Position numbers and translations under genes: made by a program. Under the pieces are notes generated by a model. It was not told the origin of the DNA. It ran no database searches and saw nothing but the letters and a program-made list of their open reading frames with translations. From contig JBEGVZ010000126.1 of assembly GCA_041178085.1 (NCBI GenBank), positions 1 through 22,976 of the forward strand: DNA of 22,976 nucleotides. The letters are read 5' to 3'. Within the stretch, counting starts at the first letter, position 1; every line of letters begins with the position of its first letter. This stretch comes from Pseudomonadota bacterium (GTDB lineage Bacteria > Bdellovibrionota_B > Oligoflexia > Oligoflexales > RGVZ01). This document shows, piece after piece, positions 1 to 6,778 of this stretch.

Positions 1-17
1 TCGGATTTTGGTTTGAA

Positions 18-623
18 TTGGCGGCAACAACGGATGATTTGCCGGAGCAGGCGGAACTTGCGCGAAAAGCGGGGAACCGGCTGTTGATCACCGGCGTGCT
101 GCTTGGGATCGCTGGGGTGCTTGCCTTGGCCAACACGTTCATCGCCACGCAGGCGACCATGCTGGTGCTTGGCTTTGTGTTGTTGGCGGGAGGGGTGATG
201 AACGCAGTGCAGGCCATTACATGCCGGAAATGGAATATCGCCCTGCTCGATTTCCTGGCCGCCGCGATTTACATCGTTGCCGGCGTCTTCTTTTTACTGC
301 GTCCAGTTGCAGCGGCAGAGACCGTGACCATCCTGCTTTCAGCGTTGTTTGTGGTCGGTGGCTTGATTCGCTTTGTCGGTGCGCTGGCCATGCAACCAGC
401 CCATTGGGGTTGGATGTTATTCAACGGCGCTGCGACCTTGCTGCTTGGCTTGCTGCTCTTTGCCGGGCTTCCGATCTCAGGTTTGATCGGCCCGGGTTTG
501 CTGGTCGGGGTGGATTTGTTGTGCGGTGGAGCCACGGCAGTTGCTTTTGGTGTCCAGGCACGGCGCGCCGTCCGGCGCCAGGAACGGGGCGAATTGCGTA
601 CCGTCACCAAGACCGCTGCCTGA
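18..623 (+). CDS. HdeD/DUF308-family inner-membrane protein
   Basis: About six Gly-rich hydrophobic helices in the DUF308 repeat pattern (GVLLGIAGVLAL, LGFVLLAGGVMNAV, IYIVAGVFFLLRP, FVVGGLIRF, WGWMLFNGAATLLLG, LLVGVDLLCGG). The frame is open back to the window edge, so the true start may lie upstream of the TTG at 18. Confidence 0.85.
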   Translation: MAATTDDLPEQAELARKAGNRLLITGVLLGIAGVLALANTFIATQATMLVLGFVLLAGGVMNAVQAITCRKWNIALLDFLAAAIYIVAGVFFLLRPVAAAETVTILLSALFVVGGLIRFVGALAMQPAHWGWMLFNGAATLLLGLLLFAGLPISGLIGPGLLVGVDLLCGGATAVAFGVQARRAVRRQERGELRTVTKTAA

Positions 624-667
624 GCAATGGAAGTTCATCAGCGGACGGTCACATGCCACGCCGCGCA

Positions 668-1942
668 TCACTTCGGCGCGGCGATCACTTTCTGTCCGTT
701 CATGTACGGGACCAGTGCATCGGGAATTCTGACGCTGCCATCGGCCTGCTGGTAACACTCGAGCAGCGGGATCATCACGCGTGGCGTAGCGATCGCCGTG
801 TTGTTCAGCGTGTAGCAGACTTTGACTTCGCCCGACTTCGTCCGGTAGCGCATAGCCAAGCGGCGTGCCTGGAAGTCATGGAAGGTCGAACAGCTGTGAG
901 TTTCGCTGTAGGCTTTGCGGGAAGGCATCCAAGTTTCGATGTCGTGCTTGCGGACTTGGCCCTGGCCAAGATCTCCCGTGCAGACATAAACAACGCGGTA
1001 AGCAAGTCCAAAGTCCTGCAGAATGTCCTCAGCGTTTTTCAGCAGCTCGGCATGTAATTTTTCTGATTCCGCCGGATCGGCCGGCGCGATGATCACTTGC
1101 TCAATCTTCTGGAACTGGTGCACGCGGTAAAGTCCCTTGGTGTCCTTGCCGTAGGTGCCAGCTTCCCGGCGGAAGCACGAACTCCAGCTCATGATGCGGG
1201 ATGGCAAGTCTGATTCCTGCAGGATTTCTCCGCTGTGGTAGCTGGTCAGGCTGACCTCAGCGGTACCGACCAGGGCTCGCTCATCCTTCTCGACGTAGTA
1301 GGCCTGGTCGCGTCCGGTGGGAAAGTAACCCGTTCCGGTCATGGCTTCTTCCTTGACCAGGACCGGCACCGTCATCGGGGTGTAGCCGCGCTCGCAGAGC
1401 TTGTCGAAGGTGTAACGAAGGATGGCTTGCTCAAGGCGCGCACCATCGCCCTTCAGGATGTAAGAACGGCTGCCCGCCAGTTTGACGCCGCGCGTGAAAT
1501 CGATGATGCCCAGCTTCTCGCCGACTACGGAATGGTCCTGGGGTTCGAACGTAAACTCAGGGATCTTGCCCCACTTCTTTACTTCGACGTTTTCCGTATC
1601 GTCCTTGCCCACTGGCACGTCGCTCCGAGCCGGGGCGGGGATCAGCAGCATCATCGCATCAAATTCTGTTTTTGCGGCATCGAGCTTCGGAGTCAGCTCG
1701 TCCATCCGTCGCTTGATCTCCTGAACCTGAGCTTTCAGGCCTTCGCGTTCCGCGGGGCTGGCAGCGCCGATCGTCTTTGACAGCTTGTTGCGTTCGGCTT
1801 GGAGCGTCTCGGTCTCTGACTGCAGTGCGCGGCAGCTGCTGTCCAGCTCGAGCAAGCGGTTGACGTCGATCTTGAAGTTCTTGTCCCGGGCCCCTTTGGT
1901 AACCAGGTCAGGGTTTTCGCGGATGAATTTGATGTCGAGCAT
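668..1942 (-). CDS. serS: Serine--tRNA ligase (class II aaRS)
   Basis: MLDIKFIRENP N-terminus and coiled-coil arm, GTAEV, motif 2 CFRREAG..GLYRVHQFQKIEQ, ETHSCS, TLNNTAIATPR, C-terminal QQADGSVRIPDALVPYM. Confidence 0.98.
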   Translation of the reverse strand: MLDIKFIRENPDLVTKGARDKNFKIDVNRLLELDSSCRALQSETETLQAERNKLSKTIGAASPAEREGLKAQVQEIKRRMDELTPKLDAAKTEFDAMMLLIPAPARSDVPVGKDDTENVEVKKWGKIPEFTFEPQDHSVVGEKLGIIDFTRGVKLAGSRSYILKGDGARLEQAILRYTFDKLCERGYTPMTVPVLVKEEAMTGTGYFPTGRDQAYYVEKDERALVGTAEVSLTSYHSGEILQESDLPSRIMSWSSCFRREAGTYGKDTKGLYRVHQFQKIEQVIIAPADPAESEKLHAELLKNAEDILQDFGLAYRVVYVCTGDLGQGQVRKHDIETWMPSRKAYSETHSCSTFHDFQARRLAMRYRTKSGEVKVCYTLNNTAIATPRVMIPLLECYQQADGSVRIPDALVPYMNGQKVIAAPK

Positions 1943-2023
1943 GAAGTGAGTACCGGTATTTTTGGTTCAACAGTCAATGCAAGAGGCTACAGTTTATAGC
2001 TGAAGCCACCTCAACGATGCGAT

Positions 2024-2051
2024 ACTATAGCCCCTTTCAGGGAATCCGCAA
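2024..2051 (-). promoter_or_regulatory. Possible sigma70 promoter for serS
   Basis: On the minus strand, TTGCGG (2051-2046), a 16-nt spacer, then TATAGT (2029-2024), about 80 nt upstream of the serS ATG. Consensus match by eye only. Confidence 0.3.
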
Positions 2052-2093
2052 ACGGAGACATCTCAGCCTACGGGCAGCAGGGGAGTGAGAGCG

Positions 2094-3113
2094 ATGGGGC
2101 CTGTCGAACGATTTTGGCTGATCTTGTCCTGGGTGTTTGCGTCTTTCCTTTTGCAAGCCCCCGTTGCCCGTGCAGAGGGCAATAGTGACATTGTGATGCC
2201 AGCGCTCAGTTTTTTCCTGCCTGGGCTCGATCAGTGGGCGGAAGGGGATTACGGATCCGCGGCGGCTTACACGGGTGTTGCGGTTGGCGGCACGCTCATG
2301 TCCCAGTCAGCCATCAAAAAAATCGAGGAACGCCAGGACGGGGACGCCAAGTCGGACCTGAACTCCAAGGACAACGATTTGCGCCGCGCCATGCTGGGCA
2401 GCCAGCTGAGCATGGCATCAGGCAGTTTCAGTACCTATCACGCGTTTCGTAAAGCCTCTGAAATGCGGAAGGCCGATGGTCAGTATGAATTCCTGACCTC
2501 GCCGGATTCCCCGCGCGATCTTTTGCTTGCGCCTTTCAGGTTCGACTACCTGGCGCGTCCGAGCACCTTCTTACCTCTTGGGATCATCAGTGGTCTGGCA
2601 GTTTACCTTGCCAACACCAAACTTGACGGAATCGAGCACACTCACCGGCTGGCCACGGATTATGCCTATGGGACGGCGTTCTCCTACCTGGCAGGGACTC
2701 ACGAGGAAGCCCTGTTTCGCGGTTGGCTGATGCCGGTTTTAACCGAATATGTTTCGGCAGATACGACTGCGAATGTGGCTCAGAGTGTCATTTTTGCCGC
2801 AGCCCATTTAGGCTCGACTTCCCTGCCTCTTCCCCAGTTGCTTTTGGGGTGGCACCTGGGATATGTGACGCAGCAAAATGGCTGGTCGCTGAGCGAAGCA
2901 GCCTTCATCCATACTTGGTGGGATGTTGTTGCCTTTATCGGTGTGCAATATGCAGTCCGGGAGAAGGCAAAGGAAGAGGGAGAGAAGGCCAGTGGGCGCG
3001 TGCTTCATGCTGGACACGGGTCCTCAGGTGCCCTGGCCCGGAACAATCCCCGCGCTGCTGCGATGCTCTCAAACTACCCGCTGATGCTCCCACCAATTTC
3101 GATCTCCTTCTGA
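2094..3113 (+). CDS. CPBP (CAAX/Abi, Rce1-like) family intramembrane protease with an N-terminal extension
   Basis: The three main catalytic motifs are present: EExxxR (HEEALFRG), FxxxH (FAAAH) and HxxxD (HTWWD). Signal-peptide-like N-terminus ends ARA-E. ATG 2094 lies 8 nt after GGGGAG; the ORF track uses GTG 2085. Confidence 0.85.
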   Translation: MGPVERFWLILSWVFASFLLQAPVARAEGNSDIVMPALSFFLPGLDQWAEGDYGSAAAYTGVAVGGTLMSQSAIKKIEERQDGDAKSDLNSKDNDLRRAMLGSQLSMASGSFSTYHAFRKASEMRKADGQYEFLTSPDSPRDLLLAPFRFDYLARPSTFLPLGIISGLAVYLANTKLDGIEHTHRLATDYAYGTAFSYLAGTHEEALFRGWLMPVLTEYVSADTTANVAQSVIFAAAHLGSTSLPLPQLLLGWHLGYVTQQNGWSLSEAAFIHTWWDVVAFIGVQYAVREKAKEEGEKASGRVLHAGHGSSGALARNNPRAAAMLSNYPLMLPPISISF

Positions 3114-3135
3114 TATCCGTGCGGTGTCAGGAGGC

Positions 3136-4308
3136 ATGAAGTGGTGTCCGATGACGCGCATTGCCGCATTCGAAAAATTGGGTTTTCCGGATTTTCCGGT
3201 GCTTCTGGCTCCCCTTGCCGGGGTTTCGGATCATCCATTTCGGCGCGTTTGCGCGCGGCAGGGTGCGTCCTTGACTTATGTCGAGATGCTGTCCGCCAAA
3301 GCGATCCTGTACAACAGCAAGCGCACCTTCGAGATGATGACCCGTCATGAGGACGAAGCGATCCTTGGTGTCCAGGTCACCGGAGGCTCTGCGGACGATG
3401 TCGGACGGGCGATTGAAATCCTCGACAAGCAACCGTTTGATACGATCGACATAAACATGGGCTGCCCGGTCACAAAAGTTGTTCGATCGGGTAGTGGCAG
3501 TGCGATTTTGAAAGATCCGCAGCGGGTTTACGAGACCGTCAAGCTGGCCCGCGCCGCCACAGGCAAGCCTCTTTCTGTGAAGATAAGGCTGGGTTGGGAT
3601 CGTTCGACAGTGACTGTTTTCGAAGTTGCTGACGCGGCACAGCAGGCGGGTGCCGAATGGATTACGGTCCACGGCCGCCTTCGGAGTGAGGATTACAGCT
3701 GCCCGGTTGATCTTGCGACCATCGCGGCCGTTAAGCGTCGCCTGCGGATCCCGGTATTTGGCAACGGCAACGTATTCTCCGCTCAGGATGCCCTTCACAT
3801 GCGCGAACGGACCGGCGTTGATGGCGTCATGGTCAGTCGCGGCGCTCTGGGAAATCCCTGGGTTTTCCGCGATATTGTCACGATGGATGAGCAAGATGGG
3901 CCCAGCGTTCCGCCCGGTTTCGTCGATGTAAACGACTGGCTTGCCAATGTCCTGGATCACCTTGGGTGGCAGCAGCAGGCTTACGGCCCGGGCGGGATGG
4001 GAGCCGTATGCATGCGCAAGCACTTGCTCTGGTACGCAAAAGGTTGGCCCGGGGCAAAAAAGTTGCGGGAACGCATCAACACGGCGGACTCGATTGCGGA
4101 TTGCCAGGGCATGATCCGTGATTTTCACGCAGATCTGGTCTCTTCCGGGATCACGTCGCGTATGCCTGTCACGGCAGGCGGCGATGAAGATGTTGCCTCA
4201 TCCTCTGGTGGACAGCGCTTTGTTTGGGACCCGAAATACGACATGGATCGCAAGCTGGATCGTGGAGTCGGGGACGATGCGATGGAATCGTCCTGCGTGA
4301 TGGCCTAA
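3136..4308 (+). CDS. dusB: tRNA-dihydrouridine synthase (DusB-like)
   Basis: LAPLAGVSDHPFR, TYVEMLS, IDINMGCP with the catalytic Cys, GSAIL, VKIRLGWD, TVHGR, GNGNV, DGVMVSRGALGNPW, MRKHLLWY. Start uncertain (3124 GTG, 3136 ATG or 3151 ATG). Confidence 0.92.
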   Translation: MKWCPMTRIAAFEKLGFPDFPVLLAPLAGVSDHPFRRVCARQGASLTYVEMLSAKAILYNSKRTFEMMTRHEDEAILGVQVTGGSADDVGRAIEILDKQPFDTIDINMGCPVTKVVRSGSGSAILKDPQRVYETVKLARAATGKPLSVKIRLGWDRSTVTVFEVADAAQQAGAEWITVHGRLRSEDYSCPVDLATIAAVKRRLRIPVFGNGNVFSAQDALHMRERTGVDGVMVSRGALGNPWVFRDIVTMDEQDGPSVPPGFVDVNDWLANVLDHLGWQQQAYGPGGMGAVCMRKHLLWYAKGWPGAKKLRERINTADSIADCQGMIRDFHADLVSSGITSRMPVTAGGDEDVASSSGGQRFVWDPKYDMDRKLDRGVGDDAMESSCVMA

Positions 4309-4346
4309 GGGTTCCCGTGTCCCGGGCCTCAAGCCCCAGAACACGA

Positions 4347-5504
4347 TCAGCCCCTGCCGCAAGCTTTCAATAAATCCGCATCCAGAATGTCCAGTCGGAA
4401 CATGGAGCTTTGCGTCTTTTTGTCGCCGCCGTCCCAGGGATATACGGACCTCAGGTAAAGCGTCATGCCCGCAAGGGAAGGATCAGCCGCCACGGCACGT
4501 ACGCTGCGCAGGCGATCTCCGTGTGCGCTGTAATCGATGGAGGCAAGGGGTGTCGTCTGGGTCGACATCGCGTCGAAGAGATGCAACTTGCGGGCTTCGG
4601 TCGCAGCAACTGCAATGCAGGAACCGATCACCGCAAGGCCTTCTGGCATCTCGTCGGTGACGAATTCGCGCACGGTTTCAAGCGTCTGCAGATCCACCAG
4701 GATCACGCGATTTGCGCGCCATTCGTTTACCGCCAGGAGTGTGGTTCCAGGGATCGCCACCAAAGCGCTCATTCCCCTGCCTTTTCCCTTTCCGATCGGC
4801 CATTTGCTTCGTGATGTGCCTTTGGCAGGGTCGATGGCGATGATGTTTTCGTCACCTGGGGCTCCTGCGCCAATGTCCAGCGCTGCAATCAGACCCTGCG
4901 ATGCCAGCACAGGTCCGGGGTTTGACAACCCCTCTAGAACTGTTCGGGACGGCCGGGCGGATATGTCCATCACGCTTCCCGATCCTGGGTCAGAGGCAAA
5001 CAACGAGCCATCCAGTTCCGCGAATTGTTCAAATAATCTGGGGCCATGGGAGGAGTCGGTCTGCACGGAAAAACGTGCGGCATCGCCTGACAAGGTAGTT
5101 AGATGCTGGGCCCATTCCGGAGAAACTGATTTCCCGGCGGCCAGGAAGTCTCCGTTGGCCCGAAGGCCCAGAAATTGCGCCCGGTGGGGGAGCGGGTAGG
5201 AGGCCACGATCTTTCGCGCAGTTGCATCATACGCGTAAAGGTAGTGGCGTTGGCCAGGTTCATTGCGGGTCTCGCCGAAGAGCATGATCCCGCGACCTGC
5301 AGCAATCGAAGCCTCGGACCATTCGAGCAGATCAAGGTCCGCGATATGTTGCCAGGCAAGGTCGGACGGATCCGCGGAAGGGGCCTGCGGATCTCTTGCC
5401 GGGTCACGGGAAACCTGGGCTTGGTCGACCGTTGACCGGCAGCTGGTGGCGAAGAGGGTAAAACACGCCGTCGCGGCGAAAAGCCTTTTCCAGCTGTCAA
5501 ACAT
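4347..5504 (-). CDS. Lipoprotein with a probable beta-propeller (YncE/YVTN-like) domain, function unknown
   Basis: Basic N-terminus, hydrophobic stretch and lipobox-like FATS-C. Repeated blade-like segments (LYAYDATARKIVASYPL, IIAIDPAKG, VILVDLQTLETVREF, PEGLAV, LHLFDA). Confidence 0.65.
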   Translation of the reverse strand: MFDSWKRLFAATACFTLFATSCRSTVDQAQVSRDPARDPQAPSADPSDLAWQHIADLDLLEWSEASIAAGRGIMLFGETRNEPGQRHYLYAYDATARKIVASYPLPHRAQFLGLRANGDFLAAGKSVSPEWAQHLTTLSGDAARFSVQTDSSHGPRLFEQFAELDGSLFASDPGSGSVMDISARPSRTVLEGLSNPGPVLASQGLIAALDIGAGAPGDENIIAIDPAKGTSRSKWPIGKGKGRGMSALVAIPGTTLLAVNEWRANRVILVDLQTLETVREFVTDEMPEGLAVIGSCIAVAATEARKLHLFDAMSTQTTPLASIDYSAHGDRLRSVRAVAADPSLAGMTLYLRSVYPWDGGDKKTQSSMFRLDILDADLLKACGRG

Positions 5505-5680
5505 GGCAGAACTCCGAATTTGTTGATTGCCGGCAAGTTACGCTCGGTTAAAGGAACGGTTCAACCTTTTTCGACCAGGGATTGCCCGAAGCCAGCCGAT
5601 CTGTCGATGGCCCTTCAAGGCGGTCTGAAATTGATTGTTTAAAGCATAAAATACACTGGTAATTCTAATGATTCCATGGT

Positions 5681-5750
5681 AGTCCGGACTCTGCGGTGTT
5701 CTTAAGAATCATACCCGGCATGCCGGGTTCAGCCTAACGGGGGATATCCC
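5681..5750. repeat. Cluster of perfect palindromes upstream of the beta-barrel gene
   Basis: AGTCCGGACT 5681-5690, TTCTTAAGAA 5699-5708, ACCCGGCATGCCGGGT 5713-5728 and GGGATATCCC 5741-5750; each was checked as its own reverse complement. Confidence 0.8.
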
Positions 5751-5751
5751 A

Positions 5752-6708
5752 ATGCGTCAATTCCTTCGCCTTGCCGTTTTCCCGGTCCTTTCAGCGGTTT
5801 GTGTAGTTGCCTCCGAGGGCGCGTTTGCCCAGGAAGTGACGGCAGAGAAACGCGCTTCGGCTCAGGACATTCTGACCAACGCCTACAGCAAGGTCGAGTT
5901 CCGCCATGGCCTCAACCTCAGCATGAAGGGCGATAAAGTCGAGAACGTTACGCCTCGCATGGAAGCCCGTCCGATCATCGGTACGCGCCTCCTGAATGGC
6001 CGGCTCGACACATCGGTCACCTTCGGCGCAATCAAGAATGCTGATTCCGCAGAGTTCACCCAGCGTAACCCCGAAATCATCGCTGAACTCACCGCAGTGG
6101 ATGCGAAAAATTTCTCGTTCGTCCCCTACATCGACCTGAACACACCGTTCCAGGGCAAGGGCACGACAGGCAAGTTAGCCGCAACGACAACGGTCAAGTC
6201 CAACGAGCTGCCGAATGCGCTCGGCATGGTGACTCTGTCCGCAAGCGTCGAGCCGGCTATCGAGACCGCCAGCCGTCCGGGCTTTGCTCCGGTCGATAAC
6301 AAGGCTGGCCGTCCGGCACAGGACCTCGGCCTGGTTTACAACGAGGAAGATTCCACAGCCCAGACCGTCAAGCGTGAGCCGAACCTCAGCAACGAAGCGA
6401 CCCTCAGCGTCAGCTTCAAGCCCGCCAACCTGTCGGCAATGACCGCTTCCGTAACTGGATTCGTCGACACCGAATGGGCGCCAAAGTATGAGGCTGTTTC
6501 TGTCGATGGCGAAGAAGGCGTTGCGGTTCGCAAATCTGGCTACAAGGTGACCAACACCACCTTTAACCGCCTGCGTTTGACCTACGCTGTCAACGATCGC
6601 GTGCTCCTGATCAATGACACGCTTCAATACATCGATGGCGTATATGCCAAAGGTGTTGATGGCAAGCGTTGGGAAAACGTTGCCCGCCTGAGCTACACGC
6701 TGTTCTAG
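5752..6708 (+). CDS. Probable outer-membrane beta-barrel protein, family not recognised
   Basis: Sec signal peptide (AFA-Q), many amphipathic alternating strands (RLDTSVTF, FSFVPYIDL, VTLSASVEP, TLSVSFK, RLRLTYAV), C-terminal beta-signal-like ARLSYTLF. SD-like GGGGGA upstream and its own terminator downstream. Confidence 0.7.
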   Translation: MRQFLRLAVFPVLSAVCVVASEGAFAQEVTAEKRASAQDILTNAYSKVEFRHGLNLSMKGDKVENVTPRMEARPIIGTRLLNGRLDTSVTFGAIKNADSAEFTQRNPEIIAELTAVDAKNFSFVPYIDLNTPFQGKGTTGKLAATTTVKSNELPNALGMVTLSASVEPAIETASRPGFAPVDNKAGRPAQDLGLVYNEEDSTAQTVKREPNLSNEATLSVSFKPANLSAMTASVTGFVDTEWAPKYEAVSVDGEEGVAVRKSGYKVTNTTFNRLRLTYAVNDRVLLINDTLQYIDGVYAKGVDGKRWENVARLSYTLF

Positions 6709-6747
6709 TCGTCGAAGCCCTCCGCAAGGGGCAAGCCACTAAAATAG

Positions 6748-6776
6748 AAAACGGCCACATTTGTGGCCGTTTTTTT
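6748..6776. terminator. Intrinsic (probably bidirectional) terminator between the convergent beta-barrel gene and addA
   Basis: AAA-ACGGCCAC-ATTT-GTGGCCGT-TTTTTT: a GC stem with a T-tract on the + strand and an A-tract on the left that gives U residues for minus-strand transcripts. Confidence 0.88.
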
Positions 6777-6778
6777 GT

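Noticed and set aside
221..1780. ORFs 221..1057 (+) and 1235..1780 (+)
   Set aside because: Off-frame or antisense shadows of the HdeD gene and serS. No motifs, and expected in GC-rich coding DNA.
2040..2080. GCAAA hairpin plus GCCTACGGG, superficially like a c-di-GMP-I riboswitch
   Set aside because: Lacks the GNRA tetraloop/receptor arrangement and the P1-P3 architecture, and is too short.
3127..4128. 333-aa minus-strand ORF
   Set aside because: Antisense mirror of the dus gene with no recognisable domain or RBS.
4316..4345. Imperfect hairpin (CGTGT..GGGC-CTCAA-GCCC..ACACG) between convergent dus and lipoprotein genes
   Set aside because: Short interrupted stem with no U-tract on either strand; not supportable as an intrinsic terminator.
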